Of a stretch of 64,000 nt of DNA, positions 47,752 to 59,459 are shown one piece after another. A program made the translations under genes and the position numbers. The stretch is from contig NW_027361924.1 of assembly GCF_039654945.1 (NCBI RefSeq), forward strand, positions 7,502,001 to 7,566,000. Reading direction: 5' to 3'. Each line of letters begins with the position of its first letter. Positions within the stretch are counted from its first letter, which is position 1. The notes under the pieces are model-generated. The model saw nothing but the letters and a program-made list of their open reading frames with translations. It did not search any database and was not told the DNA's origin. Source of the stretch: Dendrobates tinctorius. Lineage: Eukaryota.

Positions 47752-48159
47752 CTCTTTTATTATAAAATATCAAAAACAATACAACACAACATTCCAGAAA
47801 AGAAAACACATAAACCAAAATACACATATTAATCATACACTTAGGACATACAGACGCTTGTGCAAAACCGCAACTTGTTATAGTCCCCAAGCTTTCCAGC
47901 TTAGGGGACCCCCAGCAGGAACTTTCCAACAGAAAACTTTTCCCATAAAATAATGAAAAACAGTTTTTAATCTTTCACTCCCCATTCACACTTCCACCCA
48001 TACCTATATACAGGAAAATAAAAATAATATTCTTGGCCCATGCTGCCTTAAATAAACCTAGCCAATTCTTTTTTGGCAAAATTACCTACACCAGCTAAAC
48101 ACCTCAATATACACACATATACACATATATACACACATACATATATATATATATATATA

Positions 48160-49380
48160 CACTCACTGGCCACTTTATTAGGTACACCATGCTAGTAAGG
48201 GGTTGGACCCCCTTTTGCCTTCAGAACTGCCTCAATTCTTCGTGGCAGAGATTCAACAAGGTGCTGGAAGCATTCCTCAGAGATTTTGGACCATATTGAC
48301 ATGATGGCATCACACAGTTGGCGCAGATTTGTCGGCTGCACATCCCTGATGCGAATCTCCCGTTCCACCACATCCCAAAGATGCTCTATTGGATTGAGAT
48401 CTGGTGACTGAGGAGGCCATTTGAGTACAGTAAACTCATTGTCATGTTCAAGAAACCAATCTGAGATGATTCGAGCTTTATGACATGGCGCATTATCCTG
48501 CTGAAAGTAGCCATCAGATGTTGGGTACATTGTGGTCATAAAGGGATGGACATGGTCAGCAACAATACTCAGGTAGGCTGTGGCGTTGCAACGATGCTCA
48601 ATTGGTACCAAGGGGCCCAAAGAGTGCCCAGAAAAAATTCCCCACACCATGACACCACCACCACCAGCCTGAACCGTTGATACAAGGCAGGATGGATCCA
48701 TGCTTTCATGTTGTTTACGCCAAATTCTGACCCTACCATCCGAATGTCGCAGCAGAAATCGAGACTCATCAGACCAGGCAACGTTTTTCCAATCTTCTAC
48801 TGTCCAATTTCGATGAGCTTGTGCAAATTGTAGCCTCAGTTTCCTGTTCTTAGCTGAGAGGAGTGGTACCCAGTGTGGTCTTCTGCTGCTGTAGCCCATC
48901 TGCCTCAAAGTTCGACGCACTGTGCGTTCAGAGATGCTCTTCTGCCTACCTTGGTTGTAACGGGTGGCAATTTGAGTCACTGTTGCCTTTCTATCAGCTC
49001 GAACCAGTCTGCCCATTCTCCTCTGACCTCTGGCATCAACATGGCATTTCCGGCCACAGAACTGTCGCTCACTGGATTTTTTTTCTTTTTCGGACCATTC
49101 TCTGTAAACCCTAGAGATGGTTGTGCGTGAAAATCCCAGTAGATCAGCAGTTTCTGAAATTCTCAGACCAGCCCTTCTGGCACCAACAATCATGCCACGT
49201 TCAAAGGCACTCAAATCACCTTTCTTCCCCATACTGATGCTCGGTTTGAACTGCAGGAGATTGTCTTGACCATGTCTACATGCCTAAATGCACTGAGTTG
49301 CCGCCATGTGATTGGCTGATTAGAAATTAAGTCTTAACACACAGTTGGACAGGTGTACCTAATAAAGTGGCCAGTGAGTG
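48160..49380 (-). mobile_element. Intact Tc1/mariner DD36E (Incomer-type) transposon, 1221 bp
   Basis: Perfect 29-bp TIRs CACTCACTGGCCACTTTATTAGGTACACC and TA flanks. Confidence 0.95.
48192..49232 (-). CDS. Tc1 transposase, 346 aa, DD36E
   Basis: WSDESRF...QQDNAPCH...SPDLNPIE, with 36 residues between the second D and the E; uninterrupted ORF. Confidence 0.93.
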   Translation of the reverse strand: MGKKGDLSAFERGMIVGARRAGLRISETADLLGFSRTTISRVYREWSEKEKKSSERQFCGRKCHVDARGQRRMGRLVRADRKATVTQIATRYNQGRQKSISERTVRRTLRQMGYSSRRPHWVPLLSAKNRKLRLQFAQAHRNWTVEDWKNVAWSDESRFLLRHSDGRVRIWRKQHESMDPSCLVSTVQAGGGGVMVWGIFSGHSLGPLVPIEHRCNATAYLSIVADHVHPFMTTMYPTSDGYFQQDNAPCHKARIISDWFLEHDNEFTVLKWPPQSPDLNPIEHLWDVVEREIRIRDVQPTNLRQLCDAIMSIWSKISEECFQHLVESLPRRIEAVLKAKGGPTPY

Positions 49381-49388
49381 TATATATA

Positions 49389-50994
49389 CAGTGGGGAAAA
49401 AAAGTATTTAGTCAGTCAGCAATAGTGCAAGTTCCACCACTTAAAAAGATGTGAGGCGTCTGTAATTTACGTCATAGGTAGACCTCAACTATGGGAGACA
49501 AACTGAGAAAAAAAAATCCAGAAAATCACATTGTCTGTTTTTTTTTCATTTTATTTGCATATTATGGTGGAAAATAAGTATTTGGTCAGAAACAAGCAAT
49601 CAAGATTTCTGGCTCTCACAGACCTGTAACTTCTTCTTTAAGAGTCTCCTCTTTCCTCCACTCATTACCTGTAGTAATGGCACCTGTTTAAACTTGATAT
49701 CAGTATAAAAAGACACCTGTGCACACCCTCAAACAGTCTGACTCCAAACTCCACTATGGTGAAGACCAAAGAGCTGTCAAAGGACACCAGAAACAAAATT
49801 GTAGCCCTGCACCAGGCTGGGAAGACTGAATCTGCAATAGCCAACCAGCTTGGAGTGAAGAAATCAACTGTGGGAGCAATAATTAGAAAATGGAAGACAT
49901 ACAAGACCACTGATAATCTCCCTCGATCTGGTGCTCCACGCAAAATCCCACCCCGTGGGGTCAGAATGATCACAAGAACGGTGAGCAAAAATCCCAGAAC
50001 CACGCGGGGGGTCCTAGTGAATGAACTGCAGAGAGCTGGGACCAATGTAACAAGGCCTACCATAAGTAACACACTACGCCACCATGGACTCATCCTGCAG
50101 TGCCAGATGTGTCCCACTGCTTAAGCCTGTACATGTCCGGGCCCGTCTGAAGTTTGCTAGAGAGCATTTGGATGATCCAGAGGAGTTTTGGGAGAATGTC
50201 CTATGGTCTGATGAAGCCAAACTGGAACTGTTTGGTAGAAACACAACTTGTCGTGTTTGGAGGAAAAAGAATACTGAGTTGCATCCATCAAACACCATAC
50301 CTACTGTAAAGCATGGTGGTGGAAACATCATGCTTTGGGGTTGTTTCTCTGCAAAGGGGCCAGGACGACTGATCCGGGTACATGAAAGAATGAATGGGGC
50401 CATGTATCGTGAGATTTTGAGTGCAAACCTCCTTCCATCAGCAAGGGCATTGAAGATGAAACGTGGCTGGGTCTTTCAACATGACAATGATCCAAAGCAC
50501 ACCGCCAGGGCAACGAAGGAGTGGCTTCGTAAGAAGCATTTCAAGGTCCTGGAGTGGCCTAGCCAGTCTCCAGATATCAACCCTATAGAAAACCTTTGGA
50601 GGGAGTTGAAAGTCCGTGTTGCCAAGCGAAAAGCCAAAAACATCACTGCTCTAGAGGAGATCTGCATGGAGGAATGGGCCAACATACCAACAACAGTGTG
50701 TGGCAACCTTGTGAAGACTTACAGAAAACGTTTGACCTCTGTCATTGCCAACAAAGGATATATCACAAAGTATTGAGATGAAATTTTGTTTCTGACCAAA
50801 TACTTATTTTCCACCATAATATGCAAATAAAATGAAAAAAAAAAACAGACAATGTGATTTTCTGGATTTTTTTTTCTCAGTTTGTCTCCCATAGTTGAGG
50901 TCTACCTATGATGTAAATTACAGACGCCTCTCATCTTTTTAAGTGGTGGAACTTGCACTATTGCTGACTGGCTAAATACTTTTTTTCCCCACTG
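49389..50994 (+). mobile_element. Tc1 DD34E transposon with ~200-bp TIRs (Tzf/ZB-like), 1606 bp
   Basis: TIRs start CAGTGGGGAAAAAAAGTATTTAG; TA flanks. Confidence 0.95.
49756..50776 (+). pseudogene. Tc1 DD34E transposase with one frameshift at ~50092
   Basis: MVKTKELSKD...HGL / [10 protein letters not shown]...WSDEAK...QHDNDPKH...SPDINPIE...GYITKY, split over two frames. Confidence 0.9.
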
Positions 50995-51812
50995 TATATA
51001 TACATACACATTTTTTTTTTTTTTTTTTATTATTTTTCCCACCACCCACACCACAGGCCCATAAATGTCCATGGCCTTATCACGTCTAGGCCTGATGAGC
51101 ACGAAAGTTTATGCCCACAAGCAAAACCCTCACCCATTTGCCCCCGATGTGCTCAAAAATGGTCCATTTTCCATAATTTCCATGGTCCATGGTATATGTT
51201 ATATCCAGTCGCCACTTTCCCCTTGTTTTAGGGTCCTTTTACTTTTTTTTTCCGCTCTCACCCCCCCATTCACCCCCCTCCCAACCTCACTACGCCCCCC
51301 ATGCACCTCTGACTACGGAAAAGAATAAAAACACATACTACAATACATATACTACAATACATATTACAATACAATATTACAATGCAATGTCATTACATCA
51401 TTTGCTTTACCGAATATTACCACACCACAAACCTTTACTTACAGGCCCAAGTTCAGTGCCTGCAAGCCCAATATCCATTATTTCTCTATCTCAAAACAAA
51501 AATCTAGATGTGCCATGCAGTAGCCCACCACCAGGAAAAAGGAGTTCTAGAGGCCCCATCCCTCACTAACACATTCACCCTGTCCCTCAACAACTAAGAC
51601 TGTCCCTACTTCTGTCCCTAAAGAAACTGTCCCTATCTGTCCTTACCTGCCCCTACTCTACCTACCTTATCATAACTAACTCTCTATCTGTCCCTCAGTG
51701 CCTGTCCCTTCCTGTCCCTATCTGCCCCTACTTCTGTCCCTCACCACCCACACCACCTTATGCTGTCCCTACCCACATTCACACAAAATCTAGCTCTCCC
51801 TAGAGTGCGTTT

Positions 51813-54800
51813 TTAAAAGGAAAGGCCCCTCCAAAGCCAAGAGGCCCTCCTCACACCCAACCTTTCGAACTCCAAAGAACGCACCTTCACCAGGTCACCC
51901 AGGATGTTACTAACCACCTCTTCCCTTGGGAGGGCTTTCTGCCGCGTCGAAACTAAGCACCGTGCATTCCAAATGTAGAACCTAACCACTACACTGACTA
52001 GGAATAAAGTGCCCCGGTCTCGGCCACCCAGAGTTCTGAACGCTCCATAGGCCCACTCGGCATAGGAGAGGGACGCCAGCCGCGGCCAACGTATGGAAGC
52101 CCCCACCCTGTTGTAAACCTCTGTATTAAAGGGACACTGAAGCAGGAAGTGCTCCATGCTTTTCAGCACGTCGCCACACTCCTCACGGGGACAACCCCGA
52201 TCATCGGATTTCCTGCACTTCAGGTTATCCTTTACATACAGCCTCCCGTGGAAGCAGCGCCAGGTCAAGTCCCAAAACTTCGTGGGGATCCGCTTAGAAT
52301 TTAAAAGCCCGAGCCCCACCTCCAGATCCCAGCCTGGGCAATCCTTAAGGGCCAGGGGCTTCTGGAAATGGGCCAACAGAACCCTCCTGTCAAGGCATTG
52401 CCGCGACATGGTCCTGATTTCCCACATTCCCAGACCCCACCGGCGGATCACCTTCAGAACCGGGGTAGCATAAGCCGGGAGATGCCCATGAGGTGTGCGG
52501 AGGTCCTTCACTTGCCCTCCTGTCTCCCATTCCTGGAAGAAGGGCCGAAGCCAACCCTTGCAGGATACTACCCACGGAGGAGCCCTCTCTAGCCAGAGGT
52601 TGGAAATGTTGGCTTTAAGAAAGGTGTTCACTAAGAACACTACCGGGTTGACCATACCCAACCCACCTAGTCTCCTTGTGCGGTATGTGACCTCTCTCTT
52701 GATTAGGTTGAGCCTATTCCCCCATAATAGCTGGAAGAACAGGCTATAGACCCGTGTCCAGAGAGGTTCTGGCAAGATGCACACGCTGCCAAGGTAAATT
52801 AACAAGGGAAGCAGAAAGCCTTTAGCCAGGGCAACCCTTTCCCTTAGGGACAAAGACCAACCCTTCCATTGGTCCACCTTTTGGGCGGCGATCTTAAGTC
52901 TGCCCTCCCAATTTTGCTGGGGGTAGTCCCCAGGGCCAAATTCGATGCCTAGAATTTTGGCGGTGGCCTGGGGCCCTAGAAGGGTGTCCGGGAGATCAAA
53001 ACTAGGATCTCCCCCTCCCAGCCAGAGACTTTCACACTTATCCCGGTTGATCATGGACCCGGATGCCTCAGAGTAGCGTACTACCTCTGACATGACCCAA
53101 TCCGCCTCCCCCCTCGAGGACACGAAAAGGGAAACATCATCGGCGTACGCCACCACCCTCAGAGAGGACCCAGAGCCCGCCTGGTCCATCCCGACTCCCG
53201 CCAACGGTCCACGATCTACCCTCCTTAGGAAGGGATCGATTGCGAACACGTATAAAAGCGGGCTCAGCGGACAGCCCTGACGGACCCCAGAACCCACCTC
53301 AAAAGGGCGACCTGACCAACCGTTCACCAGCGGAAAAGTCTCAGCCCCTTGGTACAAGATCTCTAACCATTTTACAAACCTCCCAGGCAGACCATACCTC
53401 AAAAGGACGGACCAGAGGTACTCATGGTTGACCCGGTCAAAGGCTTTCACTTGGTCTAACGACAGCAAGTACCCCTTCCAGTGGCCTGCCCTACCCTGCT
53501 CCACTGCCTCCCGGACACCGAGCACAGCACTAAAAGTACTGCGGCCTGGAACAGAGCAATGCTGGGCCCCTGAAAGGAGCCGGGGTGCAAACTTCACCAG
53601 CCGATTAAACAGCACTTTGGCCAGAACCTTCCGGTCCGTATCGAGAAGCGCTATGGGACGCCAATTCTCGATACGGGACGGATCTTTACCCTTTGACAGA
53701 ATAATTAGGGCTGACTTCCTCATTGAGTCGGGAAGAGTGCCCGAGGATAGACACTCATTAAAGACCCCTGTCAAGAGGGGGACCAAGGAGTCCCTAAAAG
53801 TCTTATAAAACTCGGATGTTAAGCCATCCGGACCTGGCGATTTCTTGGGCCGAAGCCCATCAATGGCCAGTCTCACTTCCTCCTCCCTAATTTCTTCTGC
53901 CAAAACACCAAGAGAGGGATCACCCCCTGGCTCAGGGATGGTTTCAGCCAGGAAAGCCGACATCCTATCCCGATCCAGATCCTTCTTTTCCAAGAGGCGC
54001 GAGTAGAAGGATCTGACCACCTCCAGGATCCCTGATTTGGATCTGTTCAGGGACCCCGTACTGTCGATCAGTCCTGTCACCATCTTACAATTCACTGACA
54101 TCTTACAGTTTCTGTAAGGGTCGGGCGAGCGGTACTTCCCGAAGTCCCTCTCAAAAACTAAAGATGTGTGTCTATCATACTGGCACCTCTTGAGCAAAGA
54201 TTTCACTCTGGAGATTTCCTCACGGTCACCTCCAGTCGAGACAAGCTGCTCGAGTTTCCTCCCCAGAGCCTGATACAAGCGGTGCCTGTTCAGACTTCTG
54301 AGGTTCGAGAGCTGACGGAAGAACCCCGCCACCCGCTTTTTGAAGATCTCCCACCACTCTGACTTACTACTACAGAGATCCAACAGCGGTACCTGGCTCT
54401 GAAGAAAATCCTCGAAGGATTGTCTCACCTCCGCTTCTTCCAGCAGGGACGAATTGAGCTTCCACAGCCCTCTTCCCATCCGAGGAGTCTCTGCAACATT
54501 CAGAGAAAAGAAAATTAAACAGTGGTCGGAGAACTCCACCTCAACGGCGGACACAGCAGAAAAGATGGCGTCCTCCTTCAAAAAAAACCTGTCTATTCTA
54601 GACCTACTGCTACCCCTATGGTAGGTGAAACCCCCGTGGCCTGGGGTGTGCCGGATGTGGACATCCACCAGGCGAGCTTCACTAGCTATGCTATTAAGCG
54701 CGACGCTGTCATAAGCCAGGCGGTCTCCGGGACCCCCCCGGTCACGGGACCTTGTAACGGTGTTGAAGTCCCCACCGAAGACCACCTGTCGGCTCGTAAA

Positions 54801-55205
54801 AAGAAAGGGCTTGATCCTCAGGAAGAGACATTTACGGTCCCACTTGGACTGTGGGCCGTAGATATTAATGAGCCGGAGCTCTTGTCCCCTCATGAAGACA
54901 TCTAGGATCAGGCACCTCCCCATTTCCAACTCAGTAACCCGTCGGCATTCAACATCTGCAGTCTTAAAAAGGACTGCCACCCCGCTATACGGCTCAGTCG
55001 CAAGAGACCAGTATGAGTGCTCGCACCTCCACTCCCTCCGTGCTTTAAAGATGGCCCCCATGTCCATTAGTCTGGTCTCTTGCAAAAATAACATTTCTGC
55101 CTCAATCCGGGAGAGAAAATCAAAGGCCGTGAAGCGAGCCGCATCTGACTTAATGCTGGCGACATTAATGGATGCCAGCGTCAACGGGGCGAGTTCAGCC
55201 ATCAT
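51813..55205 (-). CDS. Tx1-type ORF2: APE endonuclease + reverse transcriptase + C-terminal Zn motif, 1130 aa
   Basis: LQET, GGDFN, SRIDRF, FSDH; KSPGPDGL, WRPIALL, GVRQGCPLSP, AYADD; CPREEC...EHFLLQC. Confidence 0.93.
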   Translation of the reverse strand: MMAELAPLTLASINVASIKSDAARFTAFDFLSRIEAEMLFLQETRLMDMGAIFKARREWRCEHSYWSLATEPYSGVAVLFKTADVECRRVTELEMGRCLILDVFMRGQELRLINIYGPQSKWDRKCLFLRIKPFLFTSRQVVFGGDFNTVTRSRDRGGPGDRLAYDSVALNSIASEARLVDVHIRHTPGHGGFTYHRGSSRSRIDRFFLKEDAIFSAVSAVEVEFSDHCLIFFSLNVAETPRMGRGLWKLNSSLLEEAEVRQSFEDFLQSQVPLLDLCSSKSEWWEIFKKRVAGFFRQLSNLRSLNRHRLYQALGRKLEQLVSTGGDREEISRVKSLLKRCQYDRHTSLVFERDFGKYRSPDPYRNCKMSVNCKMVTGLIDSTGSLNRSKSGILEVVRSFYSRLLEKKDLDRDRMSAFLAETIPEPGGDPSLGVLAEEIREEEVRLAIDGLRPKKSPGPDGLTSEFYKTFRDSLVPLLTGVFNECLSSGTLPDSMRKSALIILSKGKDPSRIENWRPIALLDTDRKVLAKVLFNRLVKFAPRLLSGAQHCSVPGRSTFSAVLGVREAVEQGRAGHWKGYLLSLDQVKAFDRVNHEYLWSVLLRYGLPGRFVKWLEILYQGAETFPLVNGWSGRPFEVGSGVRQGCPLSPLLYVFAIDPFLRRVDRGPLAGVGMDQAGSGSSLRVVAYADDVSLFVSSRGEADWVMSEVVRYSEASGSMINRDKCESLWLGGGDPSFDLPDTLLGPQATAKILGIEFGPGDYPQQNWEGRLKIAAQKVDQWKGWSLSLRERVALAKGFLLPLLIYLGSVCILPEPLWTRVYSLFFQLLWGNRLNLIKREVTYRTRRLGGLGMVNPVVFLVNTFLKANISNLWLERAPPWVVSCKGWLRPFFQEWETGGQVKDLRTPHGHLPAYATPVLKVIRRWGLGMWEIRTMSRQCLDRRVLLAHFQKPLALKDCPGWDLEVGLGLLNSKRIPTKFWDLTWRCFHGRLYVKDNLKCRKSDDRGCPREECGDVLKSMEHFLLQCPFNTEVYNRVGASIRWPRLASLSYAEWAYGAFRTLGGRDRGTLFLVSVVVRFYIWNARCLVSTRQKALPREEVVSNILGDLVKVRSLEFERLGVRRASWLWRGLSF

Positions 55206-58200
55206 GGGTGATCGAGTTGGATGGCCAGTTTCTTCCCTGCCCCGCTATCACCTCCTCCTGGGGAGGGGTCAGACACCTTCCTTTTTAGGGAAGCCCCCGA
55301 CGTGTCCATCCCTTCCCCCCAGTGTCCTCGCCCCCGGGTTCCAGGCCTGTCCCCCCCTCAGGAGGAACAGTGCCCCCTGAGGGACGGACTCCACCATCCC
55401 CTGAAGGACCCTCCGGTGTTACCCACGGCCCAGCACCCTCGTCTTGCGGATCATCATCTGAACCTCCGAGGGCGCTTAACCGGTTGGAGAGTCTGATCAG
55501 AGGGGGGTCAGCGGGCCCTTCCGTATGCACTCTTGTGGTCGGGGGCGGGGGGGACTTTGAAGACTTGTCAGCCCTCTTCCCTCCCGATTTAAGGTTGGCA
55601 CGCTTGTTTTTGCCACCTGATGCTGTAGGCTGCCCCCTGACATCCTCGTCGACACTTTCATAATGAGAGGAGTCGTCTGAGTCAGCCGCTTTCTCCTCTC
55701 TCTCCATCCTCCTGATCTCCTCACTCACTGCACTCTCTCCCAGGGCCTCAGAGGCTTTTGCCACGGGCCTAGAGGGAGGGGCAGGCATCACCCCAGTTTC
55801 CCGAGGCTCCACTGCCCCTTGCCTCCATGGCGTTTTTCTTGCCTCCGCTCATACGCGGGGCCCCTTGCCTTAGCATTGCCCTTCCTCACCACCCCCTCAG
55901 CCCTTCCCCCTCCACCACCACCTGCCACGGCAGAAGCACCGCCAGAGGTTACCCCCTCACGGTTTCCCCCCACCGGGCCTGCAGCAGTATTGGAGAAAGA
56001 GCGAGGGCAGCGGCTGAGCGGGTGACCTAGGTCACCACACAGGTGGCACCAAATGTCTTTGCACAAGGCGGCCAGGTGGCCTACCCCACCACACAACGCA
56101 CACTTCTGCACCTTGCAGCTGGCGCTGAAGTGGGTGGGGTCGCCGCACTTGTGGCAGACCTTCGGTTGCCCCTGGTAGAAGACCAGGATCCTGTCCCTCC
56201 CCAAGAACGCCGAGGAAGGGATGTGGGTGACCGTGCCGCTGGAAACCTTCAGCTTTACCATGAAGGTCCAGCCCCCCGACCAGATGCCAAATTCATCCCT
56301 GTTCTTTTTTGGGACCTCGGTGACTTCCCCGTAACGAGAAAGCCACGTCATTATGTCCACGCCTGCGAGCGACTCGTTACAAGTCACCACGGTCACTCGC
56401 TTGACGGCATTTTGGCGAGACACCGCTTGCGCAACGAAGTCTCGCCATCCGGGCTCTTCTCGCACCAGCTCGTAGTTCGACCAGAAGAGCTCAAGCCCCT
56501 CTGGCCGCACGAAACTGACATCAAAGAAGCGGGACGCCGAAGGATGTATCAGGGCAAAGATGTCATTCGCCCCGAAGCCCATCTTTAGGAGGAGCTCCAC
56601 CACCTTGCTCCTGGGTGGACAAGCTTCATTGCCCCCCCACCTAAGACAGACCACATTCCTTCTTGGCGGCCCCTGCCCAGCTGTGGGGAGAGACCAAACA
56701 GTCCCTCCCTCCCTTTGATTTTGGAAGGCAGCAAGGCCGTGTCTCTCTATCCAGAAAGACAGGTCCACTGTCCTCCCCTCTACTGTTACCGACCTTTCTC
56801 CCCTTTTAAGGGCTTCCAGGAAACGGTGGTGCAAAGCGCTGTCCCTGGAGCCCGGAGGCGAGGAGACCCCCCCAGGACCACCCTGACCCCCAGTCGTGGC
56901 CCCCGCATAGTTACGTTGGGGTCTCACGGCCGGGGGGGGCAGATGGGCCAGCCCTCCTACCACCACTTGTGCCTGCACCCTCATTCGTCCTCCCACTCAC
57001 TCTCCCATTCACTCTATTATTCCCGCTCACCCCAGAATTCACTCCAGCACTTTCAGCCACATTCACTCCCTCATCCATGTCACTCACATCCCCATTCACG
57101 TCCACAAACAACTCCTCAAAAATATCAGTCATCCCGCTCTCACATTCACTCACGCACTCCTCATACTCCTCAGCACCAATTTTATTTATATTTACATTTT
57201 TATTTACATCAGCATTAACAGTTCCTTTGCTGCAATTTTCCCTCCCACCTGCTGGGGGCCCTAGCTGGCCAGGTGCTCCATGATTGCCCTTACTGGCCAA
57301 GAGTGCTGCTGCCCCTTTAAGTGCCTCAGCGCTGATAGCATACTGCACATTTCCCTGGCTGTGCCTGGGAGCAGCTCTTGGTTTCTCCAGCACCATTTTT
57401 TTTTCTTTTTCAGAGTTTCTTTTGTTTTCCTTGCTCTGGGCAGGGACGGCCTCTGGCACAGCTCCCTGCCCTGCATCCTTCTTCACTCCCTCTGCCGGCT
57501 TGCCAGGGGGCGCCAGAGTCCCCGCACCCTCAGATGAAGGTAGGTGGGCTGGGGACCCCGACAACCCCCCGCCAGCTTTTGGGGGCAGCTTGCTTGCACT
57601 GCTTGGGAGGGTGGGTGGGACAGAGGGCAGCGGGCCTGCCGTGGCCACGCCCCCCCGCCAGTCACAGCCACCACAGGCAGAGCAGTGACCCCTTGCGAGG
57701 CCACGCCCCCCCAGGTGACGCGGACGTAGCGAGCGGGACAGCGGCCAAGGAGGACACGCCCCCCCGCATGCCACAGCCTTTGCAGGCCGGGCAACACTTG
57801 GGGAGGCCCCGCCCCCCTCGCAGACCACCGCCGCCACTCTGTGCCCACCACTTGCCACGGGCAGGGCCGGCCACTCCCCCTCGTCGCCCAGTGGCGGCGG
57901 AGCCCCCCGCACGGACCCCCTTTTGGGTCGACGTGCCGGAGACCCCGTTCTTACCACGGGCGCCGCCATGGGAGCGACCAGCTCCCTGCACCGCTTCAGT
58001 TGTTGTTTGATTTTTTGCTCACCCTTCCTAGACTTCTGGACCCCCACTAGCGATCCAGACTTAGCGGATCCGTACGTGGGGGGCCCAGAAGCCCCAGCAC
58101 TCACCGCCGGAGGTGCGGCCCTGGCTGTACCAACTTTACCTGGTGCCAGGCCAGCCCCCCTGCCACTGAGGGCTGAGCCTGGACACCACCACCAACACCA

Positions 58201-59210
58201 CAACCAGCACCGACCTCCATGTCGCTGCCCTGGTCTGAACTGTCACCAGATGCGACAGTCAGGTCACAACAGTCATCTCTCTCCCCGCTCCCTCGCTGCG
58301 GACCCACCACAGGGCCCGAGCCGGGGTGGGTAGGGGGTTCCACACAGCGGGACAGAGGGGCCCCGGGAAGAGGAGCAAAAACCAGTTGTTCCTCCACGCC
58401 TTCAGAGGCCTTACGCCTGCGCCTCCTGTTTCTCCTCTTCCCGGTTGCCTCATCCTCCGGGCAGACTTCATCCCCAAACAACAGCGTGCCAAACCGTGCT
58501 GGGGATTCCATCTGCTGCACTTGCCTGAGGATGAGGCAGCCCCCCTCGGTATTACTCCCACTCCCTCCATCCTCCCCCTCGCTCCTGCTTTCCTCCGCGT
58601 TACTGAAGTCCAGCGGGAGGGCCAATTGCTCAGGGGCTATCCCGCTGCATGTTACCTGGCTCACGCTGGTGTCCGCCAGGTCTTCAGGTGGAGGTGGCCC
58701 GGGTGTAGCGTGGGCGCCATCTTGCTCTTCCTTCTCACTTTCCTCCACCTGGGTGGGGCCTCCTGACCCCCCAGGAGACCCACCGGCCATGGCCCTGAAC
58801 CGGTCCTCGTTCCGCAGCTTCTGGAAGGGGCCGCTGCCAGCCATGATGACACTTCGCCGGCCCTCCAGGGCCCGAATCTCCTCTTCCAGCCGCTGGACTG
58901 TGGCAGCGACCTCCGCTTTCTTTGAGGTACGGAGCCTGTTTTTAGATATTATCCTGGCTCCCTCCAACTCCCCCCGAAGTCTCCTCAGCTGCTTCCCGGC
59001 CTCCTCATATTCGGAGAGGTGGGCATGGATGCGGGAGGCGTAGGTGGTAGCCAACTCTCCCACAGCCTTGGAGCCCCAGATGTTAAGTGGGGGCCCCGCC
59101 TCTCCTCTGCCGGCTGCTGCACCTCCGGGGGAAGGGCCCGCCACAGCCTTCACTTCAGGGGTCCCGGACCCTGGAGCCTTGCGGCCCCCTGGTGTCCGCT
59201 TTTTCCCCAT
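55206..59210 (-). pseudogene. Tx1 ORF1 region (coiled coil, low-complexity linker, 3 CCHC knuckles; ZCCHC3-like core) broken by frameshifts
   Basis: Overlapping ORFs 58101-59210, 56911-58203, 55788-56996 and 55285-55812 in alternating frames. Knuckles CHKCGDPTHFSASC, CALCGGVGHLAALC, CHLCGDLGHPLSRC. Confidence 0.75.
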
Positions 59211-59459
59211 CCCTGGGACTGGCTGGCTGTGCCTTGGGCCTCCTGGTGGTGGATGAGGCCCCCCACCCCCAGTTGGCTTGCCGGGGGGTGGGAGCCAGGG
59301 GCACAGCCCCGGCGCTCAGTCCCAGGTAGAGTCCTCTTTCCTGGGAAGGGGGCAGATGGAAAGTCCTTGCAGGAAAAAAAAAACCTCCCTTCCCAGGAGC
59401 TTAGCAAAATCCCAGCCTGCAGACGCTCAGCTGCGACGCTCCTCCTCTTCCTGGGCGTG

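Larger units (their letters stand above)
47752..59459 (-). mobile_element. Apparently full-length Tx1-clade non-LTR retrotransposon inserted in the 86-bp satellite
   Basis: Long ORF1 region with three CCHC knuckles and an uninterrupted APE-RT ORF2. The 3' end reads AATAAAAGAG directly into the satellite, which resumes almost in register at 59460. Confidence 0.88.
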
